Below are positions 44,601 through 58,370 of a stretch of 64,000 nt of DNA, piece after piece. This stretch comes from Eukaryota sp. GEM-RC1 (lineage: Eukaryota). The number at the start of each line of letters is the position of its first letter. Within the stretch, counting starts at the first letter, position 1. The notes below the pieces were generated by a model. That model was given only the letters and a program-made list of their open reading frames with translations. It made no database searches and was not told the origin of the DNA. The DNA is taken from positions 1,364,001 through 1,428,000 of the forward strand of contig JAUFOQ010000003.1 in assembly GCA_040285855.1 (NCBI GenBank), read 5' to 3'. A program made the position numbers and the translations under genes.

Positions 44601-47600
44601 GAAGACGCATATTGATCATCCAAGCTTCATCAGATAGATGTAATCCAAACACCTTAAGAATTTGATAAATAAATCCAAAAGGTCCCACTATTACAAAGGT
44701 CAATTAAAAAAGCAGCGAACTCGGGACTATTAGTTTTAGCCAAGCTAATGCGATCGTTGAACCACTTTTAAGATCTTTAGAACCAAGTAACAAATGTAAT
44801 ATTGAAGAACAGAACCAATTTTTTGGTAAACGGAGAGCAGATGTTGTTGTCCTTCTTCTTCAGACAAATTGTTTGTTGTTGATGTAGTGTCAGTGGATGT
44901 TTGTAAAAGACATCTTTAAAGAATGCTTACTCTGAAACTTCCCCTTTAGACATTTCTGAACAAGCCAAGCAGGATAAGTACAAGAAACCATTAATAGTTT
45001 TAAAACACGTAAAACATGTTGAATACGAATTATGCCCTTTTGTGTTTCAATTTAAGGACGTTTAGGAAACAGCATTGAATTTTTTAAACGATTGCGGAAA
45101 AATCGTTAAAAATAGGATGAACAAACGTTTTGATCATATGTCATGGTTGAATCGGATCGTTTTTACTGTTTTTAAAACAATTCCCTTAATCATCTCCAAA
45201 GCTGTATTAGCAGTGAGCTCCTTTTATGAGGACAAAGCTGTTGTAAGGTTTGATAGCGACCGGTGTTGTTTTAATGATATCAAATTTTAGTTGTTTGATC
45301 TATTACATTTATAATAAAATAAAAGAGTGTAAAAAAAACTAATACGAATATTAAAGTCCAAGAGTTCAAACTCATTTGTCAATATATTTTGCAGTTTACA
45401 TACACCAGACGGTAGAGATGAAATATTTGTTAAATGAGTCTCCTTTAAGTGAGTAGGGAACAAAGTTTCCCACATTTCAGGAGACAAAGATGATACCAAA
45501 TATTTAGCAGATTGAATACATCGACAATTACTGGAATTCAACAGGTTGATTCCATCCGAGGAAAACTGTTGCAAAAATTCAAACATAAAATTCTGAACAC
45601 CTCCTAAAAGAGCAGATTTTCTGATGATTTTGGCATGGGTGAGACCTATCCCTACGAATTCAGATGAATAAAAAGCATGAACTGGATTCTTAGTCTCATC
45701 AATTTCAGCCAAGTTAGAGACAAAATTTGTTCTAATAGAATTATATTTCTTGGCAAATGTTTCAGTAATGGAATCTAATGAACGTAAAAAGTGATTAATT
45801 TTCCCGGCGAAACAGACCTGGAGCATAGCAAAAGAAACATGTGTACTCAGATCTAAAGATAATATTTGATTTAGTTTTTCTTCAATGGTAGTCAATGAAC
45901 TCTCCAATTCTGAATGACTTTACCCATAATTTCCCAAAAATGTGCCAAGAAAACGAAAACATTGAGTAGAATAATCGTTGATAGGAATATTACAAAAACC
46001 AAGATTAGAAACATTCGAAGACTTAACAACAAGAAAACTTATCAAAATTAATTGTTAAACTAATACTGAAAGAAAAAAATCCCGCTTTTGTAAGTGTCTT
46101 AGAGAATTATTATGCATGCCCCTCCAAATTTTAGGCATGTCCCTTAATTTCTATTCTCACCTTAACTCTCATTGTTCTCTTACAAAGACGCTCATATGAA
46201 ATAAAATTGTCGTTTAGGTACCGTACTGCTCTCGATGTCAAAGGAGTGACCACGAGAGAAACGAAGCAGAGAAATAGTCACAAACCACCTTCTTCACCAG
46301 TACTTGGCCTTGTCGAAGAAGATCACTTGTTCTAGAAGAATATTCACTTCTGTCACATACAAAAAAGTTACAAAAAGTTTCAGAACTTTCTTTCATTATT
46401 GCTGATGTTATGTCTATCGATGTTTGTAATGGTTCCAACAAGAAACTTGCTAAATCTAATGCTAAAAACCCTCTATTGATTGGTGAAAAATTTAAAAAAA
46501 GAAAAATAGTGTGCTACATTGAATTTATTGAATTCGGCTTCACACTCGAATTACTTGTTGTACCCTTTTGTATTTTCACTATTCTTTAGGTGAATCTGCA
46601 ACATCATTACTTGAAATCTTTGTGAAAATTGTAAAGAAAAAACATCTAGGACTTTTGATCCTAGATTTTGGAAAAGTCGATTTTTTTCCAATTGCATATT
46701 TATGGAACAAAAACACTAAAATAGACACAATTACTAGAACTCAATATCATTGAAGCAACAATCATTGCCATCAAAACTCACATCAGCTTTTTCTTCATAA
46801 AAAACACTGAGAGCTAATAGAGCTTTGAAATCATGATAGAAATTGTTTTAAATATTGTAAAAACAATACGATCCAACCAAAATTTGAAATCAAATTTCTT
46901 GTTCATTCTTTGTTTGACCACTTTCTCAAAATCAGAGAGAAAACAAAGAGCATCTCTACCAAGTCGACCATAAATTGAAATTGCAAAGGACATAATTTGT
47001 ACTCAACATGTCTAATATGTTTGAGAGCAGTCAATGGTTCATCATATTTGTTTCTCTTGTGCTGTTCTAGAATTCAGTGGAGAAACTTCATTTTTAGCAT
47101 CCTTGAATACACTCTTTTGCAAACATCCACAGTAATCACATCAACAACGGTTAGTTCATCATTGATTGATGGAACTGAGACATCAGCTCTTCTTTTACCA
47201 AAAGTCCTATCAGAATTACTATTTTTTAAATTATTGATTTCCAGTGATCTCAACAGTGGCTCAACAAAAGATTCGATTTTGTAGGAATTACACATGGCAT
47301 GAATTTGATCTCTGACAGCATCATGAATACAAGTTCTATAAGTAATGAAACGATTACAACTCAAAAGGTGAGAAAAAGTAACTAATTTACCACATTTACA
47401 TTGAAGATCATTGGGTAAATTAGAGGGCCACAAGAAACATCGAAGTCTGAAAGTAGTAGTCCATTGATGATCATTCAACAACAAACCATAAATCTGAGGA
47501 ATTTGGTTAATCAAAGCAACTGATCATTCAAATCAATTAAATAATTTGCGAACGCTGGATTTTTTTTCTTTGGTCGAGCCAAGTCGAATTTTAAAATCCA

Positions 47601-48050
47601 GACATTCAAAATGTTTTAAAAGGTGTTTTTGGAGTTTCTTAAGAGCATATTTTAACGAGGTGACACATCGTTCTGGTATTTCACAAATATCTGGTGGAAA
47701 ACACGTTTGCCAGAGGGCAGGTGAAATTAGCGACAATTCTGGTCTCAAATTTACCAAGATAAAACTACTTGTCGAAAGAAGAAGATTTTCTAGACTTGGG
47801 TAACGTCTACAGAACTCAAAGACAAAATTCTTACCACCACCAATGAAAGCAGATTTGGTCCACCATTTAGACGAAGTGAAACCAACACCACCAAGATGAG
47901 GATCTGAGAAGATGTGATTGTTCAAAGCAGGAGGATCCACAGACAACAAAAATGCAAGAAAGTCAGTACGAATTTTGTTAAAGCTTCTACAGAAGTTATA
48001 GGTAAGTACAGGGGGTAGAGAGCGAAGCAGATGAGTAACTTTTCCTGAAT
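38620..48050. repeat. ~4.04-kb tandem segmental repeat (about 2.3 units) of mixed retrotransposon fragments
   Basis: Matching ORFs recur at offsets of 4041-4047 (38909/42956/46997, 41031/45075, 41243/45287). Confidence 0.92.
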
Positions 48051-48069
48051 AACTTTTTTTATAAAAAAC

Positions 48070-50490
48070 AGTTTATTTAACAAAAACACTAAAATAGACA
48101 CAAATACTAGAACTCAATATCATTGAAGCAACAATCATTGCCATCAAAACTCACATCAGCTTTTTCTTCATAAAAAACACTGAGAGCTAATAGAGCTTTG
48201 AAATCATGATAGAAATTGTTTTAAATATTGTAAAAACAATACGATCCAACCAAAATTTGAAATCAAATTTCTTGTTCATTCTTTGTTTGACCACTTTCTC
48301 AAAATCAGAGAGAAAACAAAGAGCATCTCTACCAAGTCGACCATAAATTGAAATTGCAAAGGACATAATTTGTACTCAACATGTCTAATATGTTTGAGAG
48401 CAGTCAATGGTTCATCATATTTGTTTCTCTTGTGCTGTTCTAGAATTCAGTGGAGAAACTTCATTTTTAGCATCCTTGAATACACTCTTTTGCAAACATC
48501 CACAGTAATCACATCAACAACGGTTAGTTCATCATTGATTGATGGAACTGAGACATCAGCTCTTCTTTTACCAAAAGTCCTATCAGAATTACTATTTTTT
48601 AAATTATTGATTTCCAGTGATCTCAACAGTGGCTCAACAAAAGATTCGATTTTGTAGGAATTACACATGGCATGAATTTGATCTCTGACAGCATCATGAA
48701 TACAAGTTCTATAAGTAATGAAACGATTACAACTCAAAAGGTGAGAAAAAGTAACTAATTTACCACATTTACATTGAAGATCATTGGGTAAATTAGAGGG
48801 CCACAAGAAACATCGAAGTCTGAAAGTAGTAGTCCATTGATGATCATTCAACAACAAACCATAAATCTGAGGAATTTGGTTAATCAAAGCAACTGATCAT
48901 TCAAATCAATTAAATAATTTGCGAACGCTGAATTTTTTTCTTTGGTCGAGCCAAGTCGAATTTTAAAATCCAGACATTCAAAATGTTTTAAAAGGTGTTT
49001 TTGGAGTTTCTTAAGAGCATATTTTAACGAGGTGACACATCGTTCTGGTATTTCACAAATATCTGGTGGAAAACACGTTTGCCAGAGGGCAGGTGAAATT
49101 AGCGACAATTCTGGTCTCAAATTTACCAAGATAAAACTACTTGTCGAAAGAAGAAGATTTTCTAGACTTGGGTAACGTCTACAGAACTCAAAGACAAAAT
49201 TCTTACCACCACCAATGAAAGCAGATTTGGTCCACCATTTAGACGAAGTGAAACCAATACCACCAAGATGAGGACCTGGGAAGATGTGATTGTTCAAAGC
49301 AGGAGGTTCCACTGATAACAAAAATGCAAGAAAGTCAGTACGAATTTTGTTAAAGCTTCTACAGAAGTTATAGGTAAGTACAGGGGTAGAGAGCGAAGCA
49401 GATGAGTAACTTTTCCTGAATAACAAATTTTTAGCATGAAGAATTTGACATGTTTTTCCAATTGCAATTCCTTAATTTGATCTAATTCTTTTCCCATTGA
49501 ATCCAAATATACATTCAGATCTTTAACAATGTTGTCATGTGAACCAAGATAGCACCCTAGAAATCTAAAGCTTGAAGATAAGTAGTTCACAAAGGGAACC
49601 TCTAAAGAATTAACAATTAAAGTTACAGGTATCTTGGCAATCAAAAAACATTTTTGCACATTTAATTGAAGTCCAATTACATCATACAAATCAGCAGCCT
49701 GATTCGCAATAATACGAAGAGTTGACATAGGAGCAATAAAAGAAATGTCATCCATATAAGCTACAATTTCTAAGTCTGCATGTTCTTCTTTGAGTTTTTT
49801 CAGGATTGGATGAAAAGCCAAACAAAAAAAAGAAGGGAACAAGAGGATCTCCTTGTTTAACACCAGAAACAGAATTAAGAACAAATGAATTAAAAACCAA
49901 GTCAGAAGAGTGACCATAAAAACAATGAAAAAAGGTACCTAATTCTGGAAAACTCATTTCCAATTCAGAACAAATGGCAGATCGTTTAACAGAATTAAAA
50001 GCATTCTTAAAATCCAAATTGAAAATGCAATTATTTTCAACCGCATTGAAGAAAACATCAGAAGAAAGGGCAGCCACAGAAGCTCCATCAATGGTTTTAA
50101 TACCATATTGATAAGGTGAAAAAATCCTTGGCTTTGTTGGAAATTCTTCCAAACACAACAGAAGCAAACAGACGGTAAATAGCTTCACCGACAGCAATAA
50201 GACGGATTTTCTTGTTAGGCTTAATCAGTGCAACCAAGCGAGAAGCAGACAACTCTTTAGGAGGAACAACCTTCGATAACAAAACATTGTTGAAAAGAGA
50301 CATAAATCTTCAACAATAAGTGAATTTTGACGTGATACAGATTTGAGCATATCAAAAGTAATACCTGAAGGTCCAGAAGCTTTTCCTGAAGGGAGTTTTA
50401 AAATACAGCTCATCAACTCGTCCACTCTAATGGGGTTTTCTTTCCAATACAAAGAAGGCATAGGCTTGACAGGAGAAGAATTTTCCAATG
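48070..50490 (-). mobile_element. Longest subfamily A copy: complete RT domain plus RLE, frameshifted
   Basis: KASGPSG, LVALIKP..IRLIAVGE, QYGI, LDFKNAFNSV, GVKQGDPL, AYMDDI and FRFLGCYLG, followed by CCHC-RLE. Confidence 0.93.
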
Positions 50491-50644
50491 GATGAAGAAT
50501 CTGAAGTTGAGAAACAGTCTCCTCAGAAGAGCCGTCTACAACTGAATCGAAAATATTTTCGAACCGAAGCCTCTCAAAAAGAAAGTTCTTCGTACCACCA
50601 ACGAAAGCACTTTTACATACATAAATATTGTAAAAACAATAGTT

Positions 50645-51850
50645 AAGAGTTTATTTGCAACAATAAATTAATACATACTAATTCAGAAAATGAAAGAAGT
50701 TAAATTCTCCACATCAACAGGAGAATTGTCCCTATACAACTTCGAATAAATGGAACATAATTACTTGAAAATGCTTCTATAAAGAGCGAACATAATTCGA
50801 TTAATCCATACAGCGCTATTAAACACCTTTCCATTAGAACGACATAAAAGACTAAAATCACTGAAAAACTTTAAACCGGCTGGACCAATATTACCAAAAA
50901 TTGAAATAGCAAATGGAACAAATGAAAACTTTGAATATAGATTTTCATTAAGCTTCTGCAAAGCATCCGCATAATTTGAACACTTTCGTTGTTCAGCCTT
51001 TTCCAGATGACCATTCGAATCATTCAATATGGAGTCTTGGTAGACTTTTGCAAACAGGTCAACTGTAGTAAAATCAACCACAACTTGAGATGAATCCAGG
51101 AAAGGAGCAATTAAGTCACCACGCCGAGAATCAAACACGTTATTGTCGCTATAATGTTTCAGAAGAGGTTCAATTTTACAACTATAATTGTAGGATTTGA
51201 ACATTTCATAAGTAACGTCACGAACAGCGTTATGTAGAACAGATCGAAATTGCAAAAATTTCTTGCAACTAACAACATGACGAAATGTGGCTGTAGCTCG
51301 GTTATCGCAAACACAGATTGAATTATTTAGCAACCCACTAGGGAATAAACCTAAACGAAGACGCATATTTTGCTTCCAAGCATCATTGTTCAAATGTAAA
51401 CCAAAAGGTCTAGGTTGTTGAGTGATGAAGCTAGAACATTGTTGAATGTCACATAAAAAAGCTGCAAAGACGGGATTATCAATCTTAGTCACACAAAGTC
51501 TTTTACTAAAATCCAACCCAAGTAATGTAGCATTCTGTAACTTAACTACAGCAAGAGGTAGAAATTCAATTGACCGATCAGGAATAGATGAAACACTTTT
51601 CGGGAAACTTTTGTTTCAAACTTCAATAGGCAAACCTTGAACTAAGTCCTCCAAAGAGTTCAATAAAGCGTAAGAGCCGTCTACAACTGAATCGAAAATA
51701 TTTTCGAACCGAAGCTTACTCTCAAAAAGAAAGTTCTTCATACCACCAACGAAAGCACTTTTACATAAATACTCAGCTCTTGAAAACCAACATCACCAAA
51801 TGTTGAACTGATAAAGGCATGATAAGGAATTTTGGAACTATTGATTTCAA
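50645..51850 (-). mobile_element. CRE-like subfamily B copy (intact CCHC and RLE motifs)
   Basis: Near-identical to 11565-12760; CVC-x8-HVVSC and RRGDL. Confidence 0.9.
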
Positions 51851-54594
51851 AAAACAATACGATTCAACCAAAATTTGAAATCAAATTTCTTGTTCATTCT
51901 TTTTTGACCACTTTCTCAAAATCAGAGAGAAAACAAAGAGCATCTCTACCAAGTCGACCATAAATTGAAATTGCAAAAGGACATAATTTGTACTCAACAT
52001 GTCTAATATGTTTGAGAGCAGTCAATGGTTCATCATATGTGATTCTCTTGTATTGTTCTGAAGAATTCAGTGGAGAAACTTCATTTTTAGCATACTTGAA
52101 TGCACTTGTTTCGCAAACATCCACAGTAATCACATCAACAACCGTTAGTTAATCATTGACTGATGGAACTGAGACATCAGCTCTTCTTTTACCAAAAGTC
52201 CTATCAGAATTGCTATTTTTTAAATTTTTGATTTCCAGTGATCTCAACAGTGGCTCAACAAAAGATTCGATTTTGTAGGACTTACACATGGCATGAATTT
52301 GATCTCTGACAGCATCATGAATACAAGTTTTATAAGTAATGAAACGATTACAACTCAAAAGGTGAGAAAAAGTAACTAATTTACCACATTTATATTGAAG
52401 ATCATTGGTTAAATTAGAGGGCCACAAGAAACATCGAAGTCTGAATGTTATCGTCTATTGATGATCATTCAACAACAAACCATAAATCTGACGAATTTGG
52501 TTAATCAAAGCAACTGAAGAACTGTCCTTCAAATTAATTAAAAAATTTGCGAACGCTCGATTTTTTTCTTTGGCCGAGCCAAGTCGAATTTTAAAATCCA
52601 GACATTCAAAATGTTTTAAAAGGTGTTTTTGGAGTTTCTTCAGAGCAAAATTTTAACGAGGTGACACATCGTTCTGGTATTTCACAAATATCTGCTGGAA
52701 AACAAAATGCCAGAGGTCAGGTGAAATTAGCGACAATTCTGATCTCAAATTTACCAAGACAAAACTACTTGTCGGAAAAAAAAGAAGATTTTCTTGACTT
52801 GGGTAACGTTTACAGAACTCAAAGACAAAACTCTTACCACCACCAATGAAAGCGGATTTGGTCCAGCATTTAGACGAAGTGAAACCAATACCACCAAGAT
52901 GAGGGTCTGGGAAGATGTGATTGTTCAAAGCAGCAGGATTTACTGATAAGTGAGAAGATGTTTATGGATCAAAAACACTAAAATAAAACCAAATACTAGA
53001 ACTCAATGTCATTAAAGCAACAATCATTGCCATTAAAACTCACATCAGCTTTTTCTTCATAAAAAACACTGAGAGCTAATAGAGCTTTTGAAATCATGAT
53101 AGGAATTGTTTTAAATATTGTAAAAACAATACGATTCAACCAAAATTTGAAATCAAATTTCTTGTTCATTCTTTTTTTGACCACTTTCTCAAAATCTTTT
53201 TTTTTTACAAAGCACAGTTTATGGAATGAAAACACTAAAATAAACACAAATACTAGAACTCAATATCATTAAAGCAACAATCATTGCCATTAAAACTCAC
53301 ATCAGCTTTTTCTTCATAAAAAACACTGAGAGCTAATAGAGCTTTTGAAATCATGATAGGAAATGTTTTAAATATTGTAAAAACAATACGATTCAACCAA
53401 AATGTGAAATCAAATTTCTTGTTCATTCTTTTTTTAACCACTTTCTCAAAATCGGAGAGAAAACAAAGAGCATCTCTACCAAGTCGACCATAAATTGAAA
53501 TTGCAAAAGGACATAATTTGTACTCAACATGTCTAATATGTTTGAAAGCAGTCAGTGGTTCATCATATTTGTTTCTCTTGTATTGTTCTGAAGAATTCAG
53601 TGGAGAAACTTCATTTTTAGCATCCTTGAAAGCACTTTTTTTGCAAACATCCACAGTAATCACATCAACAACGGTTAGTTCATCATTGATTGATGGAACT
53701 GAGACATCAGCTCTTCTTTTACCAAAAGTCCTATCAGAATTACTATTTTTTAAATTATTGATTTCCAGTGATCTCAACAGTGGCTCAACAAAAGATTCGA
53801 TTTTGTAGGAATTACACATGGCATGAATTTGATCTCTGACAGCATCATGAATACAAGTTCTATAAGTAATGAAACGATTACAACTCAAAAGGTGAGAAAA
53901 AGTAACTAATTTACCACATTTACATTGAAGATCATTGGGTAAATTAGAGGGCCACAAGAAACATCGAAGTCTGAAAGTAGTAGTCCATTGATGATCATTC
54001 AACAACAAACCATAAATCTGAGGAATTTGGTTAATCAAAGCAACTGATCATTCAAATCAATTAAATAATTTGCGAACGCTGGATTTTTTTCTTTGGTCGA
54101 GCCAAGTCGAATTTTAAAATCCAGACATTCAAAATGTTTTAAAAGGTGTTTTTGGAGTTTCTTAAGAGCATATTTTAACGAGGTGACACATCGTTCTGGT
54201 ATTTCACAAATATCTGGTGGAAAACACGTTTGCCAGAGGGCAGGTGAAATTAGCGACAATTCTGGTCTCAAATTTACCAAGATAAAACTACTTGTCGAAA
54301 GAAGAAGATTTTCTAGACTTGGGTAACGTCTACAGAACTCAAAGACAAAATTCTTACCACCACCAATGAAAGCAGATTTGGTCCACCATTTAGACGAAGT
54401 GAAACCAACACCACCAAGATGAGGATCTGAGAAGATGTGATTGTTCAAAGCAGGAGGATCCACAGACAACAAAAATGCAAGAAAGTCAGTACGAATTTTG
54501 TTAAAGCTTCTACAGAAGTTATAGGTAAGTACAGGGGGTAGAGAGCGAAGCAGATGAGTAACTTTTCCTGAATAACTTTTTTTATAAAAAACAG

Positions 54595-57010
54595 TTTATT
54601 TAACAAAAACACTAAAATAGACACAAATACTAGAACTCAATATCATTGAAGCAACAATCATTGCCATCAAAACTCACATCAGCTTTTTCTTCATAAAAAA
54701 CACTGAGAGCTAATAGAGCTTTGAAATCATGATAGAAATTGTTTTAAATATTGTAAAAACAATACGATCCAACCAAAATTTGAAATCAAATTTCTTGTTC
54801 ATTCTTTGTTTGACCACTTTCTCAAAATCAGAGAGAAAACAAAGAGCATCTCTACCAAGTCGACCATAAATTGAAATTGCAAAGGACATAATTTGTACTC
54901 AACATGTCTAATATGTTTGAGAGCAGTCAATGGTTCATCATATTTGTTTCTCTTGTGCTGTTCTAGAATTCAGTGGAGAAACTTCATTTTTAGCATCCTT
55001 GAATACACTCTTTTGCAAACATCCACAGTAATCACATCAACAACGGTTAGTTCATCATTGATTGATGGAACTGAGACATCAGCTCTTCTTTTACCAAAAG
55101 TCCTATCAGAATTACTATTTTTTAAATTATTGATTTCCAGTGATCTCAACAGTGGCTCAACAAAAGATTCGATTTTGTAGGAATTACACATGGCATGAAT
55201 TTGATCTCTGACAGCATCATGAATACAAGTTCTATAAGTAATGAAACGATTACAACTCAAAAGGTGAGAAAAAGTAACTAATTTACCACATTTACATTGA
55301 AGATCATTGGGTAAATTAGAGGGCCACAAGAAACATCGAAGTCTGAAAGTAGTAGTCCATTGATGATCATTCAACAACAAACCATAAATCTGAGGAATTT
55401 GGTTAATCAAAGCAACTGATCATTCAAATCAATTAAATAATTTGCGAACGCTGAATTTTTTTCTTTGGTCGAGCCAAGTCGAATTTTAAAATCCAGACAT
55501 TCAAAATGTTTTAAAAGGTGTTTTTGGAGTTTCTTAAGAGCATATTTTAACGAGGTGACACATCGTTCTGGTATTTCACAAATATCTGGTGGAAAACACG
55601 TTTGCCAGAGGGCAGGTGAAATTAGCGACAATTCTGGTCTCAAATTTACCAAGATAAAACTACTTGTCGAAAGAAGAAGATTTTCTAGACTTGGGTAACG
55701 TCTACAGAACTCAAAGACAAAATTCTTACCACCACCAATGAAAGCAGATTTGGTCCACCATTTAGACGAAGTGAAACCAATACCACCAAGATGAGGACCT
55801 GGGAAGATGTGATTGTTCAAAGCAGGAGGATCCACTGATAACAAAAATGCAAGAAAGTCAGTACGAATTTTGTTAAAGCTTCTACAGAAGTTATAGGTAA
55901 GTACAGGGGGTAGAGAGCGAAGCAGATGAGTAACTTTTCCTGAATAACAAATTTTTAGCATGAAGAATTTGACATGTTTTTCCAATTGCAATTCCTTAAT
56001 TTGATCTAATTCTTTCCCATTGAATCCAAATATACATTCAGATCTTTAACAATGTTGTCATGTGAACCCAGATAGCACCCTAGAAATCTAAAGCTTGAAG
56101 ATAAGTAGTTCACAAAGGGAACCTCTAAAGAATTAACAATTAAAGTTACAGGTATCTTGGCAATCAAAAAACATTTTTGCACATTTAATTGAAGTCCAAT
56201 TACATCATACAAATCAGCAGCCTGATTCGCAATAATACGAAGAGTTGACATAGGAGCAATAAAAGAAATGTCATCCATATAAGCTACAATTTCTAAGTCT
56301 GCATGTTCTTCTTTGAGTTTTTTCAGGATTGGATGAAAAGCCAAACAAAAAAAGAAGGGACCAAGAGGATCTCCTTGTTTAACACCAGAAACAGAATTAA
56401 GAACAAATGAATTAAAAACCAAGTCAGAAGAGTGACCATAAAAACAATGAAAAAGGTACCTAATTCTGGAAAACTCATTTCCAATTCAGAACAAATGGCA
56501 GATCGTTTAACAGAATTAAAAGCATTCTTAAAATCCAAATTGAAAATGCAATTATTTTCAACCGCATTGAAGAAAACATCAGAAGAAAGGGCAGCCACAG
56601 AAGCTCCATCAATGGTTTTAATACCATATTGATAAGGTGAAAAAATCCTTGGCTTTGTTGGAAATTCTTCCAAACACAACAGAAGCAAACAGACGGTAAA
56701 TAGCTTCACCGACAGCAATAAGACGGATTTTCTTGTTAGGCTTAATCAGTGCAACCAAGCGAGAAGCAGACAACTCTTTAGGAGGAACAACCTTCGATAA
56801 CAAAACATTGTTGAAAAAGAGACATAAATCTTCAACAATAAGTGAATTTTGACGTGATACAGATTTGAGCATATCAAAAGTAATACCTGAAGGTCCAGAA
56901 GCTTTTCCTGAAGGGAGTTTTAAAATACAGCTCATCAACTCGTCCACTCTAATGGGGTTTTCTTTCCAATACAAAGAAGGCATAGGCTTGACAGGAGAAG
57001 AATTTTCCAA
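54595..57010 (-). mobile_element. Duplicate of the RT plus RLE subfamily A copy
   Basis: GVKQGDPLGP and AYMDD; same 5' junction as 48070-50490. Confidence 0.93.
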
Positions 57011-57164
57011 TGGATGAAGAATCTGAAGTTGAGAAACAGTCTCCTCAGAAGAGCCGTCTACAACTGAATCGAAAATATTTTCGAACCGAAGCCTCTCAAA
57101 AGAAAGTTCTTCATACCACCAACGAAAGCACTTTTACATACATAAATATTGTAAAAACAATAGT

Positions 57165-58370
57165 TAAGAGTTTATTTGCAACAATAAATTAATACATACT
57201 AATTCAGAAAATGAAAGAAGTTAAATTCTCCACATCAACAGGAGAATTGTCCCTATACAACTTCGAATAAATGGAACATAATTACTTGGGAATGCTTCTA
57301 TAAAGAGCGAACATAATTCGATTAATCCATACAGCGCTATTAAACACCTTTCCATTAGAACGACATAAAAGACTAAAATCACTGAAAAACTTTAAACCGG
57401 CTGGACCAATATTACCAAAAATTGAAATAGCAAATGGAACAAATGAAAACTTTGAATATAGATTTTCATTAAGCTTCTGCAAAGCATCCGCATAATTTGA
57501 ACACTTTCGTTGTTCAGCCTTTTCCAGATGACCATTCGAATCATTCAATATGGAGTCTTGGTAGACTTTTGCAAACAGGTCAACTGTAGTAAAATCAACC
57601 ACAACTTGAGATGAATCCAGGAAAGGAGCAATTAAGTCACCACGCCGAGAATCAAACACGTTATTGTCGCTATAATGTTTCAGAAGAGGTTCAATTTTAC
57701 AACTATAATTGTAGGATTTGAACATTTCATAAGTAACGTCACGAACAGCGTTATGTAGAACAGATCGAAATTGCAAAAATTTCTTGCAACTAACAACATG
57801 ACGAAATGTGGCTGTAGCTCGGTTATCGCAAACACAGATTGAATTATTTAGCAACCCACTAGGGAATAAACCTAAACGAAGACGCATATTTTGCTTCCAA
57901 GCATCATTGTTCAAATGTAAACCAAAAGGTCTAGGTTGTTGAGTGATGAAGCTAGAACATTGTTGAATGTCACATAAAAAAGCTGCAAAGACGGGATTAT
58001 CAATCTTAGTCACACAAAAGTCTTTTACTAAAATCCAACCCAAGTAATGTAGCATTCTGTAACTTAACTACAGCAAGAGGTAGAAATTCAATTGACCGAT
58101 CAGGAATAGATGAAACACTTTTCGGGAAACTTTTGTTTCAAACTTCAATAGGCAAACCTTGAACTAAGTCCTCCAAAGAGTTCAATAAAGCGTAAGAGCC
58201 GTCTACAACTGAATCGAAAATATTTTCGAACCGAAGCTTACTCTCAAAAAGAAAGTTCTTCATACCACCAACGAAAGCACTTTTACATAAATACTCAGCT
58301 CTTGAAAACCAACATCACCAAATGTTGAACTGATAAAGGCATGATAAGGAATTTTGGAACTATTGATTTC
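57165..58370 (-). mobile_element. Duplicate subfamily B copy
   Basis: ORF 57282-58055 is almost identical to 50761-51516. Confidence 0.9.

Noticed and set aside
48070..50490. Prokaryotic RT system (retron, DGR, group II intron)
   Set aside because: The RT is followed by a CCHC knuckle and RLE, and copies are 5'-truncated with poly(A) ends: a eukaryotic non-LTR retrotransposon.
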